Below, one piece after another: positions 26,311-35,218 of a stretch of DNA of 64,000 nt; position 1 is the stretch's first letter, and each line of letters begins with the position of its first letter. This DNA comes from a virus. The position numbers and the translations under genes were made by a program. The notes beneath the pieces are model-generated. The model saw only the letters and a list, made by a program, of their open reading frames with translations, was not told where the DNA came from and ran no database searches. The stretch lies in the IMG/VR virus record IMGVR_UViG_3300025536_000013, positions 1-64,000 of that record. One strand, written 5' to 3'.

Positions 26311-27714
26311 GTGAGCGAGAGTACTCGTCTGATTGATGCGGTCATGAAGCGGTTCGACGACGTCGAATCCCGCATGGCACGCATCGAGAAGACCTTCACC
26401 GACCGGACGCCGGTGGCTGGTGGGGGCAACCGTCTGTTCACCGAGACGGGCGACATCCGCGGCAGCGTCTTGCAAAAGGGCTTCGCCAACGCCCGCGGCA
26501 AGCACACCGCGTTCATGTCGTTCGGCGGCGATGGTGCCGCGCACGAGGTGAACCTCGACGGCTACTACGCGGGCGGCGTGGCCAAGGGCCTCGGCCAGAC
26601 GCAGGCATGGCGGGCGCTGGCGGCGGTCGGCTACGGCTCCAAGGCGTCGCAGACCGGCTGGGACTTCAGTGTGGACGGCGACCCGGACAAGGTGCTCAAG
26701 GCGCACAAGTTCGGCAACCCGGCCGTGCGGCACGGCAACCAGAAGGCACCGCTGGCGGAGAACGCTGGCTTCACGGGCGGCTACACCGTCCCGGTCCAGT
26801 TCTACGCCGACCTGCTGCGCCTGATGGCGGAGAAGGCGTTCGTCCGCGAGAAGTGCACGGTCCTGCCGATGCAGTCGCGGTCGATGCTGGTGCCTGCCCT
26901 CCAGCAGAACAGCACGACCTTCGCCCGCGGTCAATCGCAGTTCTTCGGCGGCATCGTGATGACCTGGACGCCTGAGTCCGTCACGATGAACGAGAGCGAG
27001 CCGGTGTTCCGCGAGATCGAACTCGTGGCCGGCGACCTGATGTTCTACACGATCAGCTCCAACCAGCTGCTCCAGGACAACGCGGTCGCGCTCGACACGC
27101 TGCTGACGACCATCTTCCAGGAAGCGGTGGCGTGGTCCTACGACTACTACATCCTCCAGGGCAACGCCGGCAACGAGCCGAACGGCGTCATGCGGGCGCC
27201 GGGCACCTACAACCAGAACCGCGTGGCGGTCAACACCATCACGCAGACGGACATCCTGAACATGCTCAGCCGGCTCTACGGTCCCTCGTGGGACAACGCC
27301 TGCTGGGTCATCAACCCGTCCTGCCTGCCGCAGATCGTCGGTCTGACCAACGGCGCGACCAACAGTCCGTTCTTGACGTTCCTCAACCCCACTCCCCACA
27401 GCGGTGAGGGTGGTCCGATCAGCCAGAAGTTCCCGGCGACCCTGGCTGGCATGCCGGTGTACTGGTCGGAAAAGGCTGGCTACCTCGGCACGCTCGGCGA
27501 CATCGGCGTCTACGACTTCTCCAAGGTGGTCGTGGGCGACCGGCTGAGCATCCAGATCGAGGCGAGCCCGCACCCCGGCTTCACCCGCAACCAGATGTAC
27601 TGGCGGGTGATCACGCGCTGGACCAGCCAGCCGTGGGTCAACAGCCCGATCACGCTGGCCGACGGCACCATGACGGTCGCGCCCTACGTCGTCCTCGGCA
27701 CCGGCGTCATCTAG
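26311..27714 (+). CDS. HK97-fold major capsid protein paralog 2 (with N-terminal delta-like coiled-coil)
   Basis: GGAGG lies upstream of the GTG. GFTGGYTVPVQF...FFGGIVMTW...LMFYTISSNQLL...AGMPVYWSEK...GDIGVYDFSKVVVGDR...RVITRW matches the Phage_capsid pattern. It is homologous to 16991-18127. Confidence 0.85.
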   Translation: MSESTRLIDAVMKRFDDVESRMARIEKTFTDRTPVAGGGNRLFTETGDIRGSVLQKGFANARGKHTAFMSFGGDGAAHEVNLDGYYAGGVAKGLGQTQAWRALAAVGYGSKASQTGWDFSVDGDPDKVLKAHKFGNPAVRHGNQKAPLAENAGFTGGYTVPVQFYADLLRLMAEKAFVREKCTVLPMQSRSMLVPALQQNSTTFARGQSQFFGGIVMTWTPESVTMNESEPVFREIELVAGDLMFYTISSNQLLQDNAVALDTLLTTIFQEAVAWSYDYYILQGNAGNEPNGVMRAPGTYNQNRVAVNTITQTDILNMLSRLYGPSWDNACWVINPSCLPQIVGLTNGATNSPFLTFLNPTPHSGEGGPISQKFPATLAGMPVYWSEKAGYLGTLGDIGVYDFSKVVVGDRLSIQIEASPHPGFTRNQMYWRVITRWTSQPWVNSPITLADGTMTVAPYVVLGTGVI

Positions 27715-27728
27715 TCAGCGGGTGAGCC

Positions 27729-27914
27729 ATGAACCCGAACGTGCAACGCTTCATCTGCCCGCGCTGCGTGGACCCGCACCGGACGGCGCTGACCGACAAG
27801 TCACACGCCCAGTGCGTCTACTGCGGCGAGGAGATGGTGCCGGCGGTCATATGGGTCCGTCGGCAGGACAAGAAGAACAAGCAGGGCTCCGGCCCTGAGA
27901 AGGAGAAACCATAG
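27729..27914 (+). CDS. small zinc-ribbon protein
   Basis: CPRC...CVYC are present in a 61-aa ORF. Confidence 0.5.
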   Translation: MNPNVQRFICPRCVDPHRTALTDKSHAQCVYCGEEMVPAVIWVRRQDKKNKQGSGPEKEKP

Positions 27915-28444
27915 TGTTCCTCGATGAGATCATGAGTCGGCGGACCAAGTTCCGCCGGCCGTGGAGCGCGCAGGTCGGCTACATGACGGAGGCCCTGTAC
28001 GAGGACCATGCCATCGCCGGCGCACCGATCTACCCTGCGGCCAACAACGGCACGCAGTACACCGGTGCCATCGACATGCAGCGGTTCAAGCGGGTCCAGT
28101 TCCTCTTGATCACCGGCGTGGTCAACGGTTCCGGCGTTGTGACGCTGCTCGTCCAGCAGTCCAACAACGCCAACATGCAGACCAACGTCAACATCCTCGG
28201 CCAGAACGGCCAGCTGGGCATCGCCGGCACGCAGAACGCGAACGTGGCGGTCTCGGCTTCCAGCCAGATCGCTCGCGTGGAAGTGCGGGCTGACCAGTGC
28301 CAGCGCCGCTACGTCCAGGGCCAGGTGACGGTCACCGTCAACCAGTCGATCCTCGCCTGCATCCCGATGGCCTCCGAAGCGATCAACCACCCGCAGGGCG
28401 GGACCAGCGTTGACGTCTGCTTCCCCAACATCGTCGTGAACTAA
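27914..28444 (+). CDS. hypothetical head-module protein (decoration candidate by position)
   Basis: AAGGAG lies 8 nt upstream of GTG 27914. The sequence is N/Q/V-rich and beta-like. It sits directly after a capsid gene. Confidence 0.5.
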   Translation: MFLDEIMSRRTKFRRPWSAQVGYMTEALYEDHAIAGAPIYPAANNGTQYTGAIDMQRFKRVQFLLITGVVNGSGVVTLLVQQSNNANMQTNVNILGQNGQLGIAGTQNANVAVSASSQIARVEVRADQCQRRYVQGQVTVTVNQSILACIPMASEAINHPQGGTSVDVCFPNIVVN

Positions 28445-28540
28445 CCCCTCCTCATGCAGGTCGGGAACTTGGACCGTCTCCCGGTCCTCAGACATCGTAG
28501 GTCAAGCGGTGTCACTTTCTTCCTTTCAACAGGAGTTCCA

Positions 28541-28900
28541 ATGGATCGCAGAAGCATGATCGGTACCGCCGTCGCAGCCCTCACAGGTTCGGCGGTCGGA
28601 GCCAGAGTCACGGAATCGCGGCAGGATGAGACAGCGGTGTTCATACTGCACCTGTCGGAGGAGTACCTCAACCCCAGCGAAAATGACCTCGCTATGTGGC
28701 GAGCCAGATGGAAGCAAACGTGGGAGGACGGCGGGCATAAGGCTCCGGTCCTGCTCATCGTGCCGCCCGGATGCGTGCTGGCCGGAGAGGGCAACGCCTG
28801 GATGGGCGAAACCCTGTCTGATTACTCCTACCAGATCGTCGCCAAGAACGCGGACGAGGCGATCAAGATGCACGCCGCCATGCTGCCACGCAAGAAGTAA
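28541..28900 (+). CDS. small exported protein (Tat-like signal)
   Basis: AGGAG lies upstream of ATG 28541. The N-terminus is MDRRSMIGTAVAALTGSAVGA. Confidence 0.5.
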   Translation: MDRRSMIGTAVAALTGSAVGARVTESRQDETAVFILHLSEEYLNPSENDLAMWRARWKQTWEDGGHKAPVLLIVPPGCVLAGEGNAWMGETLSDYSYQIVAKNADEAIKMHAAMLPRKK

Positions 28901-28931
28901 CTTCAACTAGCACATTCAACGGAGACGCAAC

Positions 28932-29993
28932 GTGACCGAGAACGCGAACTACGACAAGGGCAAGGACGAACCGCTGGCGGGGCTGGACCTGAGCAGCCAG
29001 GCGGAGCCGGAGAACACGCGGCGGGTGTACATCGCCGCCCCGACCTACGAGCGGCACGAGAACGAGACGCTCAGCAGCATCTACCAGTGGGGCCGCAACG
29101 TCCCGCTGGGCGACAGCCGCTACTTCCTGTGCACGGTGCCGAGCAAGGGCCAGTCGCTGCTCGCCAAGAGCTTCAACGACCACTACGCGGCGTGCCTGAA
29201 CGACGGCACGTTCGACTACTGGCTGCTGAACCACGGCGACATGAGCCCCGACCCGCGGCAGCCGTACATCCACGTGATGATCGAGGAGATGATCAAGCAC
29301 GACCTAGACGTACTCAGCTGCGTGGCCGGGCTGAAAGACCCGCGTGGCCTGACCAGCACGGCCATCGGAGCACGGAGCAAGCACTTTGCCAGCCGCCGGA
29401 AGCTCAGCCAGCACGAGCTGCAGCTGCTGCCGGAGACGTTCACCATCGATGATTGCATGGAGAAGCTGGACTGGTCGAAAGACCACCCGCTCATGCACAT
29501 GTTCGCCGGCAACGACCCCCGCGAGCCGTGCCTGATGATCAACACCGGCATGATGATGCTGCGGCTGACGAAAGGCGAAGGGGCAGACAAGGTGCGGCAA
29601 GCGTGGCCCTATGCCTTCCCCGGCTTCGTCATCCTCGACCGCGTAGGCTGGGTCCACCACGACGGCAGTGGCACCCTGGCGGCACACGACCGGCGACGAC
29701 CGAGCACCTGGGGCCACTACCGCATCGACCCCGACCGGGCCATGTCCAAGCCGGGTCGGATGAACGTGCAGTGCGTGCCGGAGGACTGGAACTTCTCGCT
29801 GTGGTGCGCGCGGGAAGAGCTGCGCGTGGGAGCGACGACGAAGATCATCACCGACCACTGGGGCTTCAGCAAGACCACCTGCGACCGGAGTAACCCGCGT
29901 GGCGAGGAGCGGTTCGACACGGCCTACTTCGACTGTGAAGCACGGCACACGCCAGAGACCGGGGACGAGGGCGGCATGGTCGCCTCGATGTAA
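28932..29993 (+). CDS. GT-A-like putative glycosyltransferase, paralog 2
   Basis: The shared segments are QSLLAKSFN, WLLNHGDMSP, LTSTAIG, LMINTGMMMLR and PEDWNFSLWCAREELRVGATT. Confidence 0.6.
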   Translation: MTENANYDKGKDEPLAGLDLSSQAEPENTRRVYIAAPTYERHENETLSSIYQWGRNVPLGDSRYFLCTVPSKGQSLLAKSFNDHYAACLNDGTFDYWLLNHGDMSPDPRQPYIHVMIEEMIKHDLDVLSCVAGLKDPRGLTSTAIGARSKHFASRRKLSQHELQLLPETFTIDDCMEKLDWSKDHPLMHMFAGNDPREPCLMINTGMMMLRLTKGEGADKVRQAWPYAFPGFVILDRVGWVHHDGSGTLAAHDRRRPSTWGHYRIDPDRAMSKPGRMNVQCVPEDWNFSLWCAREELRVGATTKIITDHWGFSKTTCDRSNPRGEERFDTAYFDCEARHTPETGDEGGMVASM

Positions 29994-30005
29994 GGAGAAA
30001 TACCA

Positions 30006-30224
30006 GTGTTCGACGGCTACAAAGCAAGGACGTATCTGCTGGTACACGCTTGCGTCGAAGACATTCGCAAGAAACTGGTCAGCACTCCGCACAATCTCTT
30101 CCCCTGGATGTTCTGCACCAAGGTCGAGATGGTCGAGGAGAGCCTCGACGGATCGGGAAATCTTGTCAGGGCATCCTACGAGCCCATTCCCGTGCCAGTG
30201 GAGGAGTACAAATGGGACTCGTGA
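30006..30224 (+). CDS. hypothetical small protein
   Basis: AAGGAG lies upstream of GTG 30006. Confidence 0.45.
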   Translation: MFDGYKARTYLLVHACVEDIRKKLVSTPHNLFPWMFCTKVEMVEESLDGSGNLVRASYEPIPVPVEEYKWDS

Positions 30225-31162
30225 CCACGGCCGACGTTCTCACCGCTACCGGCGTCGTTGCCGCGCCTGGTACGACGCTCTACAACCAGATCGACCTGCT
30301 CCGCAAGTTCATGGAGCAGACGGTCCGCAACTGGTTGAAGTGGGAAATCGAGGCCAACGATGGCATGGGCTACGGCGGTTGGATCGAGTACTACGACGGC
30401 AAGAACGCCACGGACGTGACCCTGCGGAAGCCCTGGGTGTCGAAGTCGCATCAGGTGCTCCTGACGCAACTGGGAGCCTACGGCACCTACAACCAGGGCT
30501 TCTCGCAGGCCACGCCGCTGTCGCTGGGGCAGGACTACTCGCTCGTCTACGAGATGAACGGCAAGTGCAAGAGCGGCATGTTGCGGCGGCTGGGCAACAA
30601 CCTGGTCATGCAGGGCTGGTGGCCAAGCAACCAGATATTCAACCGGGACGCGGGCGGGCTGGCCTACAGTCGTGGTCCGCTCTGGCCCAACGGCTACGGC
30701 AACATCCGCGTGACCTACGACTGGGGCTTCCAACCCTCCACGGCGTTCAGCACGGCGACGTGGGCGGCGGGCGTGGCCACGTTCACGTTCGCCTCAGCCA
30801 TCGTCGCTCGACCCACCGACCGGTTCACCGTCAGCGACGCGGTGCCGGCAACCTGGAACGGTGAGTGGACGGCGGCGAGCGTGTCCGACGACGGCACGCA
30901 GGTCACGGCACGCAAGGCGTCGGACCCCGGAGCGCTGAGCACGGCGGGCACGGCCGACTTCATCCCGCTGGACATCAAGGCGGCGGTGTGCCAGGCCGTG
31001 ACCATCCAGCGGGCCTACATGCTCTACGGCGGCAGGCTGAGCAACGAATCCTTGGGCGACTATTCCTACGGCCTGAACTTCGACACCGCCACGCAGTTCG
31101 GCAGCGTGCGACAGATGCTGGCTCCGTATCGGAACATGATCGAAGGGATCGGGTTGATCTAA
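30212..31162 (+). CDS. virion protein, possible head-tail adaptor (gp6-like N-terminus)
   Basis: GGAGGAG lies upstream of ATG 30212. The N-terminus is VTTADVLTATG...LYNQIDLLRKFMEQTVRNWL. It lies just upstream of the head-closure gene. Confidence 0.45.
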   Translation: MGLVTTADVLTATGVVAAPGTTLYNQIDLLRKFMEQTVRNWLKWEIEANDGMGYGGWIEYYDGKNATDVTLRKPWVSKSHQVLLTQLGAYGTYNQGFSQATPLSLGQDYSLVYEMNGKCKSGMLRRLGNNLVMQGWWPSNQIFNRDAGGLAYSRGPLWPNGYGNIRVTYDWGFQPSTAFSTATWAAGVATFTFASAIVARPTDRFTVSDAVPATWNGEWTAASVSDDGTQVTARKASDPGALSTAGTADFIPLDIKAAVCQAVTIQRAYMLYGGRLSNESLGDYSYGLNFDTATQFGSVRQMLAPYRNMIEGIGLI

Positions 31163-31501
31163 ATGCTCATAGACTTCACGAACGACCCCGTCCTGTACCT
31201 GACCAAGCAGAGGTCTGCGAAGTCGGACGGGCTGGGCATGAGCGTGAACGACCCGGTGGGCGGCGTGCCATTTCCCGGTCGGGTCAGCGGCATCAGCAGC
31301 CAGCAGATCCTCGCCTGGGGCACGCTCGGCTTCCAGGCGGACTGCGACCTGTTCACGACCCGCGGCGACCTAGAGAACGGCGACGTGGTGATGGACGACG
31401 CCGGGGCACAGTACCTGGTGCTCGGCCGCGCTCGCCGGGTGCCCAAAGGCATGATCCACGAATATTACAAGTACCCGCTCAAGTCGCACTCGCTCAGCTA
31501 G
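31163..31501 (+). CDS. head closure / head-tail joining protein (SPP1 gp16-like)
   Basis: It is 112 aa. ...GRVSGISSQQILAWG...LENGDVVMDDAGAQYLVLG fits the typical Phage_H_T_join size and pattern. Confidence 0.5.
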   Translation: MLIDFTNDPVLYLTKQRSAKSDGLGMSVNDPVGGVPFPGRVSGISSQQILAWGTLGFQADCDLFTTRGDLENGDVVMDDAGAQYLVLGRARRVPKGMIHEYYKYPLKSHSLS

Positions 31502-31511
31502 GAGGTGCCGC

Positions 31512-31829
31512 GTGCAGTTCAGCGTTTTTTTTCGCAAGTGGGCGCGGAACCGCGGCGTGGGCATCGCCAAGGAAGTGCTGGAGGAGGTGACCCGCATCTC
31601 CAGCAAGCGGTATCCGCCGGCGTCCAGGCCCGGTCAGCCGCCGGCGATGCGCACCGGCAAGTTCGTCCGCAGCGGCAGGGTCATACGCACGGCCAACGGC
31701 GCGATCATCCGCTGGTATGCTCCCTACTCCGGGTTCCTCCAGTACGGCACGAAGTTCATGGGGCCACGACCATACTTCGACATCGCCCTCAAGAACGTGC
31801 TCAAGCGGCGGAAGCGAGGTAAGAAGTAG
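31512..31829 (+). CDS. HK97 gp10-family tail-completion protein
   Basis: GGAGG lies upstream of the GTG. PPAMRTGKFVRSG...YAPYSGFLQYGTKFMGPRPYF matches the gp10 family pattern. Confidence 0.6.
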   Translation: MQFSVFFRKWARNRGVGIAKEVLEEVTRISSKRYPPASRPGQPPAMRTGKFVRSGRVIRTANGAIIRWYAPYSGFLQYGTKFMGPRPYFDIALKNVLKRRKRGKK

Positions 31830-32393
31830 ATGCCGAGCTACACCACCCCGCACCAGGCCATCGTCGGCGTGCTCCGCGAGGCGGGCATCTCGGCACTGAA
31901 CGCGGAGAACCCGCCGCCGGACAACAGGGACTTCAACTGGCTCAACCCCGACGGCACGCCCGGCAGCCCCTATTACAAGGACGCCAAGGAGCCGCAGCCT
32001 GGCTTCCCGTTCGTGGTCTACGACGTGAGCGCCGGCACGCCGGAGCACACGATGGGCGACGGCTACCCGGAGGCGTTCGAGGTGACCATCGACGTGGTCG
32101 GGGCCAACCCCTACATCCACGAGATCGGCTCGCCCTACGCTAACCCGATGACCAGCCCCATTGCCTACCTCGACGCGATGGGCGCCCAGCCGTTCGTGTT
32201 CAACGGCACACGCTACAACTGCTTCAAGTTCATTCGCAAGAGCTGGGAGCTGATCGAAGACCCGAATCGCGCCCCGCAGGACGACAGCAACGGCGGCGGA
32301 GTCTACGGCAACGTCTACGTCGCCCGTGCGGTCTACGACATGGAGATCGGCGCGGCGTATCCAACACTGACCAGCGGTGTCTCGGCACCATAG
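31830..32393 (+). CDS. hypothetical protein (tail terminator candidate by position)
   Basis: The ORF is 187 aa with high GC3. The call rests on gene order only. Confidence 0.45.
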   Translation: MPSYTTPHQAIVGVLREAGISALNAENPPPDNRDFNWLNPDGTPGSPYYKDAKEPQPGFPFVVYDVSAGTPEHTMGDGYPEAFEVTIDVVGANPYIHEIGSPYANPMTSPIAYLDAMGAQPFVFNGTRYNCFKFIRKSWELIEDPNRAPQDDSNGGGVYGNVYVARAVYDMEIGAAYPTLTSGVSAP

Positions 32394-32406
32394 AAGGAGG
32401 AACAGA

Positions 32407-33114
32407 GTGGACCTGAAACGTGACCCCAGCAAGGTGCGCGTCGTGCCGTTCCGGCCGACCTGGATCAACGCCTGCCGGCCGCTGGACTGGCACAACGCCA
32501 AGCTGCGGCCCATCCTGCGGCCCGGTCGGTCGTTGCTCCGCACGCACGTGCTCGACCCGTGGCTGCACCTGCTGCTCAATCAGCGCGGCCTCGACATCAA
32601 GCACAAGGGCTGGAGCGAGATGACGGACGACGAGGCACGCTTCGCCATCGTGAAGTTCATGGACTTCGAGAGCGCGGCGTCGGACATCAACCAGAATGCC
32701 GGCAGCGTGCTCGCAGTCAATCCGTCGCAGCTGGTCGGCGGCAGCACCTCGGCGGCGTGCGTGGCCGGCGACGCCGTGACGCAGAACAGCAGCAACCTGT
32801 GGGCACCGGGCACGGCAGCGGGCACGGCCGTCCAGTCGGGTACGTCCGGCGTGGGCGTGGCAGCGACCAGCGCGCCCGGTCCCAGCCAGCCGCTGACCAT
32901 CTGGCGGAGCGGCTCCATCATCCTCGGTGCCATCAACGCCGGCCTGACCATCGGCCAGGTGTACTGCATCAGCGCCACCGGCAACGGCAACATCTGCCCG
33001 TACAGCGACCTCGTGAGCACCAACTTCCCGACCATCCTGGGCATGGCCAGCACGGTCAACATCATGGTCTCGCCTCCGGGCGGCTGCTTCGCCCTCGGCG
33101 TGGCCAAGGCATAA
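32407..33114 (+). CDS. hypothetical virion protein
   Basis: AGGAGG lies upstream of GTG 32407. GC3 is high from the start. The C-terminal half is G/A/S/T-rich. Confidence 0.5.
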   Translation: MDLKRDPSKVRVVPFRPTWINACRPLDWHNAKLRPILRPGRSLLRTHVLDPWLHLLLNQRGLDIKHKGWSEMTDDEARFAIVKFMDFESAASDINQNAGSVLAVNPSQLVGGSTSAACVAGDAVTQNSSNLWAPGTAAGTAVQSGTSGVGVAATSAPGPSQPLTIWRSGSIILGAINAGLTIGQVYCISATGNGNICPYSDLVSTNFPTILGMASTVNIMVSPPGGCFALGVAKA

Positions 33115-33126
33115 AGGAGCACGAAC

Positions 33127-33564
33127 ATGCCGAGTCCGAATCCGACTCCCAGCACGCCCAGCGGCAGCTTCCGCGCCGGCCGCAACAGCCGGGCGCAGGT
33201 CAACGCTCAGAACATGACCACGGCACAGTGGAGTGCCACGTTCCGGGGCGAGAACCTCGACACGACCAACTTCGAGAGCAACGGCTACGAGGAAGGCATC
33301 ATTGGCATCTGGGGCCTGGACTGGTCGTTGTCCGGCTCCTGGAACGCCGCCCAGAACCCGAACGCCGACCCGCCGGGGCTGTTCCCGACAGAGGAAGGCA
33401 GCGACATGTTCCTGTACGTGAACGTGTCGGACGACACCGCCTACGAGATGTCCACCTTCCGCTGCACGCAGGGCCAGGCCAGCACGACGGCGACCGGCAA
33501 GGTGGAGTTCACGGCGTCGGGCATGAGCCAGGGCTCGTTCACGGTCCCGACGGGCCAGAACTAG
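33127..33564 (+). CDS. major tail (tube) protein
   Basis: AAGGAG lies upstream. WSATFRGENLDTTNFESNGYEEGIIGIWGLDWSLSGSW is the typical siphovirus tail-tube pattern. It lies upstream of the chaperones and tape measure. Confidence 0.55.
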   Translation: MPSPNPTPSTPSGSFRAGRNSRAQVNAQNMTTAQWSATFRGENLDTTNFESNGYEEGIIGIWGLDWSLSGSWNAAQNPNADPPGLFPTEEGSDMFLYVNVSDDTAYEMSTFRCTQGQASTTATGKVEFTASGMSQGSFTVPTGQN

Positions 33565-33573
33565 GAGTGACCC

Positions 33574-33828
33574 ATGCCACGAGTCAGCCGCAAGCCGCCG
33601 CCCAACCACAAGAACCCCGACTTCTGGCCGGAGGTGCACGACCACGTGCTCCTCTTGGCCCAAGAGCAGCAGCTGGGCAAGGAGTTCATCGCCTGGTGGG
33701 ACAAGCTCCGCACCGCAGCGGGCAACGCCCACGCCTACGCGTCGAAGGGATACCCGGAACAGGTCGCCAAGGGCATCGTCGCCGAGTACCGAGCAAGGAG
33801 CACTCGCAGTGCTGCTGCAACACGATAA
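33574..33828 (+). CDS. hypothetical small protein
   Basis: AGGAG lies upstream. The ORF is 84 aa. Confidence 0.45.
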   Translation: MPRVSRKPPPNHKNPDFWPEVHDHVLLLAQEQQLGKEFIAWWDKLRTAAGNAHAYASKGYPEQVAKGIVAEYRARSTRSAAATR

Positions 33829-34315
33829 GCCCACGGACGCCCCGGTGCCGGTCAACTCCAAGCGGTTGCCGGCCGGGGTGCTCGTGGACAGTGCGACCAT
33901 GAAACGCATCCCGTTTCCGCGCAAGGTGGACATGGAGACGGGCGAGGTTGAGTACCTCGTGCCGGCGGCGAACGGCGTGGACGTTCTCATCGATCCGTAC
34001 ACGCAGCAGCCCTACATCCGCCGGTACAAGGCGATTGGCAAGCTGGTGCTGGAGCCGATGGCCAAGGCGGACCGGCTCGGCGTCGCGCCTCCCAAGAAGG
34101 TGGTCAGCGAGATCCAGCCGATGACGCCGGAGGAGAAGGTGGAGGGGCTGAACCAGTACAAGCGGCTCTACTTCCAGGTGTGGAACGGCATCCGCGGCGA
34201 GGCAGCCAAGTGCGTCAACGACCGCTTCGCCGACTACCTCAAGACCAACCACTTCCTGGACAGCTTTCTGTTCCCGCAGCTGCAACGCACCGCCGTCCGC
34301 ATTCACACTTCATAG
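33809..34315 (+). CDS. hypothetical protein
   Basis: AAGGAG lies upstream of GTG 33809. The ORF is 168 aa. Confidence 0.5.
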   Translation: MLLQHDKPTDAPVPVNSKRLPAGVLVDSATMKRIPFPRKVDMETGEVEYLVPAANGVDVLIDPYTQQPYIRRYKAIGKLVLEPMAKADRLGVAPPKKVVSEIQPMTPEEKVEGLNQYKRLYFQVWNGIRGEAAKCVNDRFADYLKTNHFLDSFLFPQLQRTAVRIHTS

Positions 34316-34324
34316 GAGAGCAAC

Positions 34325-34888
34325 GTGGGCAGTTACAACAAGTTGGAGAGCGTGCTGGAGGTGCCGCTGGAGGCGGCCATCTGCACGACCTGTCAAGAGA
34401 CACCAGGCAAGGTGGGTGACGAGAGCTGCCCGGTCTGCGAGGGCAGTGGCAAGAGCAAGCAGGAACGTTCCGTCAAATTGCGGGGCCGCATTCGCAACAT
34501 TGTCAAGTGCGAGTTCGAGGACTGGCTTGAATATCAGGCCCGCCGGCGACTTTTCGTGATGAAGGACAAACTGACGCCGGCTGAATACGACGAGTCCTTC
34601 GACAAGTTGCAAGAAGGCATCGCTTCCTACACCTTCGCCTGGAATGGCAAGGCGTTCGTGTCAGCTCTGTCTCAACTGCCTGGGCAGGTGCAACTGCTCA
34701 TGCTGCTGGCCAAGGACGCCGACCGACTGACGGGCAAACCACAAGACGTGACCGAGGTTGACTTGGCCAAGGCCCTGCGCGACGATCACCCGTCCTCACG
34801 CATGCTGGTGGCTGCCATCCGCACGGCGATGGACTCCTCGCCAAATTTTCTTGCGCCCCCAATTCGGGGGACGGCAGTGGACGACTAG
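34325..34888 (+). CDS. tail assembly chaperone (G-like)
   Basis: AGGAG lies upstream of the GTG. It is the penultimate ORF before the tape measure. The -1 frame ORF overlaps its 3' end. Confidence 0.55.
   Translation: MGSYNKLESVLEVPLEAAICTTCQETPGKVGDESCPVCEGSGKSKQERSVKLRGRIRNIVKCEFEDWLEYQARRRLFVMKDKLTPAEYDESFDKLQEGIASYTFAWNGKAFVSALSQLPGQVQLLMLLAKDADRLTGKPQDVTEVDLAKALRDDHPSSRMLVAAIRTAMDSSPNFLAPPIRGTAVDD
34843..34849 (+). promoter_or_regulatory. candidate -1 programmed frameshift slippery heptamer A-AAT-TTT
   Basis: In the G frame the codons read cc-A AAT TTT, which fits X XXY YYZ. The -1 frame is open from 34762 to 35214. Confidence 0.45.
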
Positions 34889-34899
34889 ATCCGGAGCAG

Positions 34900-35214
34900 G
34901 TGTGGGCACTCCTCCTGCGGCGACTGGACCGGGACATCTCCCGCGAGAGGTTTCTTGATATGGACGAATGGGAGATGACCAACGTCATAGCCCGACCTGA
35001 TTTTCACGCTGGCAGCTCGATGAAAGACTACTGGCCGGTCCCACGCCTGGCCGACCCACGTGACCCCGTCGTCGGAGCGCTGGACCACAAAGGCGTGTTC
35101 TTCCATCCGGACCGCATCAAGGCCATGAAGGCGCTGGGCTTCTCCGACGCCGAGATCGAGGAGCGGTTTGCCAGCTACGCCCAGGGCAAGATCAGCAGCA
35201 GGTACAGAGAGTAA
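34900..35214 (+). CDS. -1 frame extension (T part of a G/GT tail chaperone fusion)
   Basis: The ORF is in the -1 frame relative to 34325-34888. It is open upstream to 34762. It ends 4 nt before the tape-measure start. No convincing SD of its own is present. Confidence 0.5.
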   Translation: MWALLLRRLDRDISRERFLDMDEWEMTNVIARPDFHAGSSMKDYWPVPRLADPRDPVVGALDHKGVFFHPDRIKAMKALGFSDAEIEERFASYAQGKISSRYRE

Positions 35215-35218
35215 GACG

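Noticed and set aside
32230-34002. 590-aa ORF on the - strand across the tail tube region
   Set aside because: It is an antisense artefact with an R/A/G/P-rich translation. The same reasoning applies to 36054-37475, 26269-27573, 6936-8246, 3653-4831, 13012-14118, 31494-32579 and 1464-2354 on the - strand.
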